This document shows positions 1 through 11,900 of a stretch of DNA of 64,000 nt, in pieces. The first letter of the stretch is position 1. The number at the start of each line of letters is the position of its first letter. Source of the stretch: Paraspadella gotoi (taxonomy: Eukaryota; Animalia; Chaetognatha); NCBI GenBank assembly GCA_051294375.1, contig CM119271.1, positions 15,506,770 to 15,570,769 on the forward strand. The letters are read 5' to 3'. Both the position numbers and the translations under genes were made by a program. The notes under the pieces were generated by a model. That model did not search any database. It was not told where the DNA came from and saw only the letters and a program-made list of their open reading frames with translations.

Positions 1-196
1 CTTTTTTCTCATCTTTCATTTTTTTTCCTTCCCTTCGCTTTTCAATTTTTTACTATTTCTTACTATTTGTTACAACCAATATGAAATTATCCATTCATTT
101 AAATAATAAGCCATCTTGCCCCTGACTTAGGACCGGCTATGAAATGACCTATCCCTAAGTATCTAAGTTCTCTCCTCCCCCCCTCTCTCCTGGCAG

Positions 197-1000
197 CGTG
201 GACCCTCTCTGCACAGAGTTCTACACTTACCACGATCCTCCGGCGGCGACCAAATGCGAGACCATCTACGACGCCAAGTATGCGTCAAGACGACGGGCGT
301 CTTCGGAGGAAAAGTCGGCACGCAGCGATTCTGTTCCTCGCGCGATCTCTTCAACAAATGCACTGTGAGTCATCCCTTGAGGCTGAATGGGGGGGGGCTG
401 GTTGTATTTGTTTTCCTTTGTTTTGAGTTCGGTTTTTATCGTCGCAATCTTTTGCCCTTTTTTTGTTTTTATTGTATTACGAAGACATAAAAATATAAGA
501 AATAAGAAGATTAGTTTTAATGAATCAAATTTCTGACGTTTAGCTTTGCTGTGAAGTATTTTATTATAAAAAAATAAAAAATAAGGGATAGCCCGATTTT
601 TATAACATTTATACCAAATTCATATTTTATTAAATTTTAATTTTCTTTTAAAGTTTTGTAAAAAGGCTGAGTGCTTGTTTTTTTTTGGGGGGGGTTGGTT
701 AGTTGTTTGGTTTTGTTTTGTGTTTCGTTTTTGATTTTATGGTTCGTTTTCTATTTCCATTTTTGTTTCGTTTTCTTTCCTGTTTCTTCGTATTTGCATT
801 CAATTTCTCTCATTTTCCAAAAAGGATATCGGCTTCGCGGACCACGAGCGCATCTACCGCGCCTGCACCTACACCTGTCACGACGTCGACGGGTGCAACG
901 GCGCCGAATCTCTCGGCGGCCGAAGCCTCAAAACCGGCGCCGTTTTCTTCGCCGGTCGCCGGCGTCGTTCGCTTTTTTGTGGAATTTTTGGAGAGGATGA
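197..1000 (+). CDS. Boudin-like Ly6/uPAR three-finger protein, exons 2-3 of a redundant copy (5' exon outside window)
   Basis: VDPLCTEF...KYCVKTTGVFGGKVGTQRFCSSRDLFNKC|DIGFADHERIYRACTYTCHDVDGCN; near-identical to 15375-16182 with scattered indels. Confidence 0.7.
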
Positions 1001-2178
1001 AGCGACGGGGGGATTTGATATCGAAGGAGCATAACAAGCAAACAGAACTTAATTGATGGATTGATCGATTGATCGATCAAATCCATTTTGCCATTCATCG
1101 AAAGCCGCTTATTTCTCGGAAATGAAATCTATTGTAAAAATCATGATCTGTAAACAACGAAAACAAAATCTCGACTACTTATTTTTAAACGTTTTTTTTC
1201 TTTCAATTTTTCACGCTTGTACATTCCGACTTATTTCTTTGGAATTTTTGTATTATCCCCGATTTCGTATTATGTCGTTCTGGAATATAGAATACCCGAA
1301 TATGTTTTCTCCGATGGTTAATTTTTGAAAAGTCAGTTCGTTGATGTTAAGTATTTTACTAGTTGCGTTATACAATTTTGAATATATATATACATTGATC
1401 ATTGTAAATCCGTCCTTTGTGCCTTGGTGATTTGGTCGTTACTTAAAGGTGTACAATTTACATGCTTACATTTTCCACTTTATATTTACACACTTTCTCT
1501 CTGCCTTGTAAGAATCCTCCAGTAATAAAAGAATATCGTAGATAACTATTGGTTTTTTTTTCTTTCACAAGCTGCTTAGTCTTAACGTGAACTCTTTCTT
1601 TCCGTTTATAGTTGGACGAAGCGATAAGAAAAAAGAAAAGAATAAACTCTTACCCGATGATTCAGGTTGAACGAGAAAATAACGACCAAGTAAAGTGAAC
1701 ATCAAAAAATGTTTTAATTCTTTTTTGATTTGAAAGTTTTCAGTGGTTTATTTGCTTTGATATAAGTTAGCAAAGTCAAATACGAGGGAGTCTAGATTAT
1801 AATCGTCTACTACTGCGAGAAGCGCTGGTGTCTTGGTGGCTCGAAAAAGTCAAGAATTAGTAGACTGTGGCGGGTTAAAAATTAAGGAAGAATTGAGAGC
1901 TGCTTAGTGCTTACTGCTTTGCCCTTTGAACCCCCTAACAAAGAAAGAATGGAGAGACTTGACCGATGTTTTTTTTTTTTTTTGCTGCTATAACAATCGA
2001 ATCCTGATAGTAATTTATCTTAAGGGTAAATTATTATTATTATATCGACGTATAGAAGAGTATAGGTCCTCCCTAAAAAGACCTCACCCCTTTCTCCAAA
2101 AGGATGGTCTTCCTCACCAAAATCTATTATTATTATTATTATTATATTATTATTATATTATTACCTTCCTCCAAAAGG

Positions 2179-4118
2179 ATGGTCTTCCTCACCTCGTCCG
2201 CACCTTGAAGCAGACGACCGGTTTGACCGGACTCGCCGTTCATCCCGACGCCCCTAAAATCCTTCGCATGATCTAACGGCAAGATCCTCTACACTCTGGA
2301 CCGGATGCCGCCCCAAGCCGCCTACAGGTCGCTACACGGCGGCCATCGTGGGCGATCGCTTGGCCATCGTCGAGGCCAACGAGCGAGACGTCGGAGGCGA
2401 TTGAGAAGAAGATCAGATTGCGGACAGGTTGTTGTTTGTTGTTGTATCAGAAATGAAAAGGTTAAATGTTAATATTAGAGTGGAGCACTCGGGAACATAA
2501 GATTTTATTTGAGTGATCAAACAAGCATATTTAGACTTGAGATAATATGATTAAAGAGTACAAAAAATATTTTGCTTATATTGATTGGGGAACAGTATCA
2601 TTAATTATAATATACTTTATAGTAATATTCTTTATGAAAATCATAAATTTTCAAATACATTTTTTTTAAAAATTTTTTATTAAAAAGTTAAAAGTTAGAT
2701 CAAAAATTATAAATATGTTATTAAAAAATTTCAATGTCTTCAGTGTCAAAAAATGAAAAAAACAGGTCAAATTCTCCACTTTTTTACACTTTGTAAGTAG
2801 AAACTATTAATATGATGAAACGTTTTGGTCATTTTTCCGCAGCTTTAACCTAAACATATCATGTAACATATTTTACAAAAGTTTTTTAGTTTTTTCCGGC
2901 GAATTCCAAAACTGTTCTTAAAAATTAAAGAATTCAATTGCTGATCGCTTCGTTGGTCGTCAAAGAGGTTGTCCTCGCAAATGGAATAAGATTCTTGAAT
3001 TTCGTCCGATTCGAATGTCGGAGAGACGACCAAGGATAATGACCCATGCTGGTCAATGGTCATGCTGGGGTCATTGCCTCATTGGGTGAACTTTCTGTGA
3101 TATGTGATTCATATTCCGCTCGGAAAAGACCCACAACATTTTCGAAAAATCAACCCATATGAATCATATTAATGAAATATAACTGTATACAAATGCACGT
3201 TGCCAAATGATAGGAGTCTTATTATTAATCTTATAAATCCATGTGTTTATAGTTTGTTTCATCATCGCGTTTTTCGTTATTTAGTATTTTTTAATTGTTG
3301 ACTAATAAAGCTGAAGTAACTATGGCGGCGGGGGACACTTTTTTACACTTGTAGTAGAAACTATTATATGATGAAACGTTTTGGTCATTTTTCGCAGCTT
3401 TAACCTAAAAATATCATGTAACATATTTTACAAAGTTTTTAGTTTTTTCCGGCGAATCCAAAAACTGTTCTTAAAATTAAAAAAATATGATTTTGAAATT
3501 TTATGGTTTTTATAAGGATATTACTATAAAAAAAATTTAATTAATGATACTGTTATGCAAATTTTTTTTGAAAAAGGGCTGAATTATTTTATATTACATA
3601 TACCAAAGGCAGCAAAAAACATTGTTCCGTCACTGCAATCTTTTCAATCACTCCTACCGCTAATGTATATGTATGAAACGATATAGGATATAGGTTATAT
3701 TAAGTCATGCAACACTTTACTGTCAGAGATGTAGAATAATTAATGATTTTGTCGCTATGCAGAATACAGATGTAGAAAAAGAGATAAAAAACGGTCCCAC
3801 CTGTTGTAGTGTATCCTTTACTGTGATCTTGTCTCTGGCAGGCAGAGAATTAAGATCATCTATCATAAGGTAGTTTTGTGACAATGATTTTAATGATTGC
3901 TTTGTCGCTTTAACATCCGGAAGGAAGTGTATGTGGTTTTTTGTATCCAAACGGTTGAGCGACCCCTCTTACCCTCCCGCGCATTTCTTTAGGTGGAAGA
4001 GTTGATCAAGCAAGCGGAGGCCGAACTCTTTTTGGCGAGAAAGATGGTGAAGTGGAAGCCTTGGGAGCCGCTGATCGAGAGGCGCCGAAGGACCAGTGGA
4101 AGTGGCCCCATCAATTGA
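2179..4118 (+). CDS. NDUFA5: NADH:ubiquinone oxidoreductase subunit A5 (B13), 2 exons; indel-containing copy
   Basis: [12 protein letters not shown]...INCGQ|[12 protein letters not shown]...WKPWEPL...QWKWP; frameshifts relative to the clean copy at 20005-21838. Confidence 0.85.
2476..3662. mobile_element. hAT-type MITE in the NDUFA5 intron, carrying an internal insertion and duplication
   Basis: Termini TAGAGTGGAG...CTCCACCCTA and 8-bp TSD ATGTATAT (clean in the 20456-21549 copy); same family as 9385-10014. Confidence 0.75.
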
Positions 4119-4438
4119 CTGTATTAGACTAAGATTTAAATGAGTTGACTTGAAAGTTTATTTAAGAAATCGCCAATTTATTCATGTTATCGAATGCGTT
4201 AGTATCGTCGAATCGGCCGTTCGCGCGCCTGCGAAAGATTTTCATCCTTTTTCTATTCGCGCGCGAGATAAACGATTATGAGTCAATTTTTTTTTCTTGT
4301 TCTATTTTCCTTCGCGTTATTCGGCGACGTCTCTGGTGAAACTTAAATCCTTTATTTCATCTCCCTCAACCGAATGTTTATTTATTTTTCCGACGCGCTG
4401 CAGTTCTTTTTAAAAATCCCCTCACTAAAATCACCGCC

Positions 4439-4981
4439 ATGTTGAAAATCCTTGTTTTCGCGGACGCTGGGCGTCGCCGCGGTCGCCGCCAACATACGTC
4501 GTCATCACTCAAAACCTGTCGGCCGCCGTCGTTCTCTCATCTCGCGGTTTGTCGGCTCAAAGGGTCGGCCCCGCGTCGGGCGTCGTTGTCGGTTCGCGCG
4601 GCTTCTTCACGTGCGTCGCCTGGAGGGCGGGAAGCCGCGTCAGAGCCGAAGGAGGAACCCGCAGTCAAGACACAGGTTTTTCAATTTGGATGAAAAAAAT
4701 TAATGATTAATAAATAATGTAGATTTGTCTTATTATAATTACAATCTAGTATGAGTTGCAAGTCTTTCTAACGCTTGTTCCGTCATCCATAATCTACAGC
4801 CCCGTCCAAAAGGCCTCCTCAACCAACTCCGCAAGAAGACTGGATTCTCCTTCTCCAATTGCAAGAAAGCGTTGGAGGTTTGCGGCAATGATCTGACGGC
4901 GGCGGAGGTGTGGCTGCCGAGGAGGCGCAGAAGCAAGGATGGGACAAGGCGACCAAGCTCGCCGGCCGAGCAGCCAATCAG
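4439..4981 (+). CDS. TSFM: Mitochondrial elongation factor Ts, 5' exons only
   Basis: Arg/Ser-rich transit-like N-terminus, then [28 protein letters not shown]...[16 protein letters not shown] (EF-Ts N-terminal UBA-like domain). Confidence 0.85.
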
Positions 4982-7900
4982 GCGAGGAGGCTTGATGGAG
5001 GAAGTGTTGTGAGCATGGAGTGAGAATAAGAAAGTATGGCAACTAATTGTGAATTAGAGTGAGGTTCACTAAAGGCAAGTAAGAGAGAAGTTGAAACAAG
5101 TGGGAGAAAGTTATATTAATAAACTTTTATTTATTATTTATATATATTATATTATATTAAAATTACTAAGAGCTTAAAGCGTGAATTAAAGCCAGAGATT
5201 AATGATATTTGCTAAGTTTTCAACGATATCAACGCAAGATATGGATTGTCACTTGTCTCGCTTGTCAAGTTTGGCGTTTCTGCCTTTTTCTTCTCTCTCG
5301 ACCAATCAGAGAGGAGGCTTCCATAAGGAACGGACGGGAGAGAAATGAGAGAAGAAACGAGGCAGTCTTCAACTTACCCTCAAAAAACTACCACCATATT
5401 CAATTTTTTACTTTGTACTTTAAACCATCGTTTTAATCATCATATTCTACCTCAATTATTATTATCTCCTCGTATATATCTGTTAATAAAACTCTTCTAC
5501 TTTCTCCGTAATAAAACAACGCTTCGTTGATATTTTACATTGTATTAATGTAGCAGAATAATTTTTGGTTAATTTCAAATGAGATTGAGTTCTTTATTCN
5601 NNNNNNNNNNNNNNNNNNNNNNNNTATTCTACCTCAATTATTAATTATCTCCTCGTATATATCTGTTAATAAAACTCTTCTACTTTCTCCGTAATAAAAC
5701 AACGCTTCGTTGATATTTTACATTGTATTAATGTAGCAGAATAATTTTTGGTTAATTTCAAATGAGATTGAGTTCTTTATTCTCATTACATATTTCAACA
5801 GTTTAAATCATTTCTCATATCATCGCATTTTTTCAGCCGATTTAAGGATTTTAAAATACATCTTGCCAACATATATCCAGCAGCACTTACTGTAAATAAA
5901 TCTAATAGTACAGATATAAATGTAGATTATTTAGACATTAATATTAAATCAGAAAACAAAAATCTTACTCTTTCAGTCTATGATAAAAGGGATTCCTTTT
6001 CTTTTGAAGTAGTTATTACCCATTATATGGACAGTTGTATTCCTAAAAAAGCAGCACTCGGTGTATTTATAAGCCAATTAATCAGATATGCAAGAATATG
6101 TTCGATGTTTACAAGATTTTTCATCGAGAGCAATAAATTTAGCAAAAAAACTACAAAGTCAGGGATATTTATTTAAGGACTTAAGAAAAATGGGAATTAA
6201 ATTTTTCAGTAATTATAAGGAACTAATAAAAAAAATATATGTTACTGATGTTAATTCTATTTTCAAAAAAGATTATACATGATTGTTCCTAGTAAAAATA
6301 ATAAGGAAAAAATTAACAAAATTATACCACTAAATAATAATAATAATAATAATTAATAACATCAACAATATTATTTAAATAACTTATTTAACTTATTTAA
6401 CTCTTTGATTTAACTTATTTTTTAACTTTTTACTTAATTAACTTTATTGTTAATTTACATTAACATACCATTAATTATTCTAACTTATTATTTAACTAAT
6501 TATTTAACTTATTTAATTATTTATAATTTACAAATTATTACAAAACCTTAATAAATTTCTTCTAAAATTAATAATGCTGTGATGCCAGGGTTTTGGTCTG
6601 TTTAAGATAAACATTCAAAATATACCTTTAAAATATAAGATAAGCAACAACGGAGGATCACCATTTGTGATGGCTCGCCTAATACCTGGGATTTGAGATT
6701 AAGAGCCGAAATCCATTGAAGGGTATAGGTTCCCAACTGATGACCTTCCCATTGTAAAACATTAAATGATAAAAAATATTCAAAGAAAAAAAATAATTAA
6801 AAAATAGGACAAAGAAAAAATAAAATTTTCATTAAAGTATTTTAAAATATATTCATGAACATAAAGGTGCCCCTTATAGACCTTTCCCCAGTATGTAATC
6901 CCTATCAGAACATACAATTCTATCATAGTCGCTCCTCTCCACCACGTAGTTGCGTCTGTTGTTCCAGATGTCGTGTTGTCACAAGAAAGGACAAAAGAAA
7001 AAAAACGGAAAAAGAGCGTCGCTCCTGCTCTTCCTCCTTCCTCCTCTTCCTCCTCTGCAGATACAACTCAGCGAAAGCAAAACGCCACAAATCACTTTTT
7101 TGTTCACGACTTGTCGTTCTACAGGTTTTGAATATTTTGAAATATTTGATTATTGTTTGAAATTATATTGGAAATTTTTTTGAAATTAATTTTTGGAATA
7201 ATTTGATATTACGGAAAATTCATTTTCCCTTCGCGAGATTTTTTCAATTCAGTTTTGGGGTGAATCCTCGAGGTCGGTTCAAAAAAAAATATTTCAATAT
7301 AAAATTTCAAACAACTAATAATCAAATTATTTCAAATATATTTCAAAACCTTTGTTGATATCCGAACAAGTCGATTGCGTTGAACAAAAAATAAGTTGAT
7401 TGAGTTTCCGGTGTGATGTGGCGTAATTTTGGCTCTTCTTTCAGTCAAGATGTTCCGGATAGGCTGTGCTTCGCCTAGAGGTAAGTATCTGGAGAGGAGA
7501 AAGAGGGAGATGATCCGGCCCAGGACCGCGACAAAACAAGAGAGCAGGAAATAGGAGGAGCCTGCTTTTATTCCGTCTTTTTTCTTTTTGTCCTTTCTTC
7601 CGGGGGTTGGACAAACACGAGACATATGCCCTGGAACAAGGTAAGAAGTTCAAACTAACGATAAGTGGAAGGAGCCGACCCATGATAGAATTGTAGTAGT
7701 TCGATAGGGAAACATTACTGGGGAAAGGTCATATAGGGGGCACCTTTATGTCGATGAATATGATAATTTTTAAAATATCGCTTTAATGAAAGTTGGCCCT
7801 AGATTATATGTTTCTTCGGTGTTCTACTCCATCCGGATTTTTTAATTATTTTATTTTTCTAGTTTGAATATTTCTTTATCATTTATGTCCGTGTACAATT

Positions 7901-8407
7901 GGGAATATGATGATTAAAACGATGGTTTAAAGTACAAAGTAAAAAAATTGAATATGGTGGTAGTTTTTTGAGGGTAAGTTGAAGACTGCCTCGTTTCTTC
8001 TCTCATTTCTCTCCCGTCCGTTCCCTTATGGAAGCCTCCTCTCTGATTGGTCGAGAGAGAAGAAAAGGCAGAAACGCCAAACTTGACAAGCGAGACAAGT
8101 GACAATCCATATCTTGCGTTGATATCGTTGAAAACTTAGCAAATATCATTAATCTCTGGCTTTAATTCACGCTTTAAGCTCTTAGTAATTTTAATATAAT
8201 ATAATATAATATAATATAATAAATAAAAGTTTTATTAATATAACTTTCTCCCACTTGTTTCAACTTCTCTCTTACTTGCCTTTAGTGAACCTCACTCTAA
8301 TTCACAATTAGTTGCCATACTTTCTTATTCTCACTCCCATGCTCACAACACTTCCTCCATCAAGCCTCCTCGCCTGATTGGCTGCTCGGCCGGCGAGCTT
8401 GGTCGCC
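4948..8407. repeat. Inverted repeat: arms 4948-7190 (with a 1.3-kb insertion) and ~7280-8407
   Basis: 4948-5447 is the reverse complement of 7903-8407; 6748-7190 is a deletion-riddled reverse complement of 7280-7902. Confidence 0.85.
5448..6749 (+). mobile_element. 5'-truncated Penelope-like retroelement (Naiad-type RT C-terminus plus 3' region)
   Basis: ~5846-6282 translates with frameshifts to IYPAAL..DYLDINI..SVYDKRDSFSF..IP..AALGVFISQLIRYARICS..KLQSQGY, then stops with no C-terminal GIY-YIG; absent from the opposite IR arm. Confidence 0.7.
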
Positions 8408-8998
8408 NNNNNNNNNNNNNNNNNNNNNNNNNAAAAAAAGAGAGAGATTAACTCTTTTTAAAATTCCTTCATTAAGATGGGTCAAAAATTAAGAAAAAGC
8501 TATATTTTTAAGCTGGAAAATTAACTTTTATATATTAAATATAGGTTTTTGTAAATTTTTTAACCCACTTAATGAAAGAATTTTTTTAAAATAATTTAGA
8601 TTTTCTTTTATCACTTTTGACAGAGGAATTCAAAATCTGCAATCAAAAATTAAGAAAGCCTATTTGAAAATTTTTTCGATTTTTATAAGGATATCGTACT
8701 ATATTAAAAAATATATGCCTACTGCGAAAATTAAAAAACAAAAATTTAATTTTTTTACAAAATTAATGTTACTGGATGGTAATGCTGTTTCATAATTGAC
8801 TTTAGAATTTTCGTACATAATTTTCACTACGCTTACTACGTAGTCTTTTTAATTAATATTTAATTAATGAAACAGCGAGGTAAAAAACTATATGAATTTA
8901 ACAATGCTATGTTGAAAATTTTGTAGAATATAATGACTTAATTGGGGTCAAGAAACCGGAATTCCTAACTCTTTACTAATTCGCCCTCCATCCCCCAG

Positions 8999-11900
8999 CG
9001 CACGCTATCTCTTTGGCCTTATCCCCCAGCGACGCAGCGACTCTTCGCCGCCCTGGCGGGGAATTTCGGCTTCGACGAGAAATCACTGGCCAAAACGCGC
9101 GGCGACGATGGCCCAGCATTTGGCCGATTTCGTCTCGGAGATGGCCAAAGAGGAAGAGATCATGGGTCGCCAAGACCAAGAAGAACGTACAAGAGGTAAT
9201 TTAATACGGAAATTAATTTAACTTAAATTACTGAAATCTAAAGTTTTCGATGAGGATGAAGTCTTTGAACCAAAGGTTCGGGTTTCTTGCCCGGTGAATC
9301 GCCTAGCAGTTAAGAGGGACGGGCGCTTAAAACCCGCTGTAACACGGTGTTACAGGCCTGATCCGAAGCTGAGGGACTGCTTAGTAGAGTGGAGCACTCA
9401 AGAACAAAAAAATTAATTTGAATGATCGACAATGATATTTAGATGTGAGATAGTATGATTAAACTAGTACATTAAAAATATTTTGTTCATATTATCTCGG
9501 GAACAGAATAGTAAAATATAATATATTTGTAGTAATATCCTTATAAAATAGTAAATTTTTAAAAATAATTTTTATAAAAACTTTTAATAAAGATTCAGAT
9601 TCTTCAAAAAAAGTTGAATCAAAAATATATAAAACATGTTATCAAAAATTCTGTCATCTTCAATGTTTAAAATAAGAAAAAAGGTGAAAATTCATGGACT
9701 TTTTTATTCTCTGTAGTAGAAACTTATATATATGTTAAAAACGTTTAGTCATTTTGTTGTGATTCTAAAACAATTAAAATATCATATAACATATTTTATA
9801 AAGTTTCTTAGTTTTTTACAGCGAATCCAAATCATTTCTTAAAAAATAAAAAAAAAATTATTTTTAAAATTTGACGATTTTATAAGGGATATTTAACTAC
9901 ATAAATAATTGAATTTGCCTATACTGTTATGCTAAAAAAATTTTTAAAAGGATTTAAAATTCATTAATTTAAAATAATGTTCAATCCACTCAATCTTTTC
10001 ATCACTCCACCCTACTGCTTAGTGCTTACATTGAACGAGTTCTGTCCACTAACTCATAACAATTATTACTGTATCTTCACGGTAAACACTTTGTATTATT
10101 GCTATCAATTTGTTAATGATCTTACTGTAAATGAAACTTTATTCAAATTAATGTGAGGTCGTAGATAATCGATCCAATTTTTTTCGGTGTGTTGAAAATA
10201 AAAAAAATGAAGAAGGCAGTGGAGGACGACGATTACGCTCGGGCTTTAATATTCTTGGGTGAAGATGGTCATTAAGAGTCGCCAAGAATTTTATTAAAAC
10301 ACACTATGCAAATGAGATTAAGGGACACACATTTTAACCTGCTACAAGATTTAAATATGTATTATGGTTAGTAAATTAGTATATTGGTATTTTTATATGA
10401 TGGAGACGGAATCGTGACATATATTATACTTGCCGCTATTCCCAGTTTAAAAACCAAATCACGACGATGAGCTCCGAGCTTGGAATGACTCCTCGGATGG
10501 CCACCCGACGAAGCCTCAAGTCTTTCAACTCAAAAATCTCCTTCCCGTCGAAGTCAAGAGGCTAAAGGAGGAGGAAAGAATCGCAGGTTTTAACCATTTT
10601 TTATATAATTATTATAAATTCATTTATTCATATAAATTCATTCATTCATTTTGATAGATTTGATGAGGCCTTTTTACCCACTCCAAATTCGGGCACAATA
10701 GCCTTATTTAATATTATTAATGAACTGGATAATTTCTATATTTGGTTATACCGATTAATTGATTTAATTCCTTTCTTTTCTTTTATATAAAGGTTAGAAA
10801 GGCAATGGTCTTTACTCGGTCAAGAGTCTTCCCTTCTCCATCGCCTACGGTCTTCCTCCTCGACGCGACGAAGACTCTCGACGAGTCGAGTTTAAGTTCC
10901 GACGCCGAAGGAACTCGGAGATTTGGAGGAGAGAGTTGGGGAGTTGAAAGAGCGGGTCGAGAAATAGAGAGGTGAGTCGAGTAATGGTCGAGTGGCGGGT
11001 CAATAGTCGAGTGGCCGGTGCAATAGTCGAGTGGCGGGTCGGTAGTTTGCGGCTATAGAAAGATAAATCTTCACAATTTTCCCACCAATATTAACTTAAA
11101 TGACATTACCTTTTTCTGACAAAAGACTCGTTTTGAAACGTCACGCCGAAAAATCTTGGGATATTCTGGCGGAGGTGGCTCCCTTCCCGGCGCCTTTCCC
11201 GCCAAACTTCCTGACGAGGAGTCGGCCCCGCCGGATGAAAACTTGGCTTTGCTGCTCAACGAAGACAAAAAGGCCGTGAGTCTGGCCGATGAAGTTTTAG
11301 AAACAACTTGAAACGCTACATCGATCGTGAGTAGATCCGACGAGCCTTTGCCTTTGCCTTTGCCTTTGCCATATTTTTAAAGAACGCCTAATTTATATTT
11401 TAATTTCGGAATTAAATTTTGTTATTTAAAAATTAAATTTAAGATTGAGAATTAGGTAAGCATTGTGGTTAAAAATTAGGTTACTGATTCACTGATTATG
11501 GTTTGGGAATTGGGTTATGGTTAGTAATAAATTGAGGTTAAAATCCTTAAAAAATTTAGTTTTTAGATAAGGAACGGAAAATCTGGTAATTTTTGAAAAG
11601 AGATCCCGATTCTTTGAATCGTCAGTTATCATCACTCATTCTGACATTTTCTCTTCCCCTCACCGTCAGACCTGGAATCCGTCCGTCATGCGCGGCGTAG
11701 CACGATATCCAGACTCGATCGACGCCTGCAAGATTTGTGGCGCGCTTGGGTCGAGACGAGGAAGAGTTGACGACCTTTTTGACTGAAACCGCGGATGCAG
11801 GGACGCCGTCATCTTTAACTATAGGAATCAGGTTTACTATTTACATATAATAATGATATCGTTAGTGTAATAATTTTTAATTTCATATCATAAGGTGGAG

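Noticed and set aside
5444-5782. ~155-bp direct repeat
   Set aside because: Straddles a 25-N gap; typical gap-overfill overlap
6283-6650. SECIS element in the Naiad 3' region
   Set aside because: No convincing RUGA/GA core with apical AA, and no in-frame UGA in the visible RT fragment
7340-7490. Exon-like segment as TSFM exon 3
   Set aside because: No EF-Ts motifs (e.g. EVNCETDFVA); probably part of an unclassified repeat
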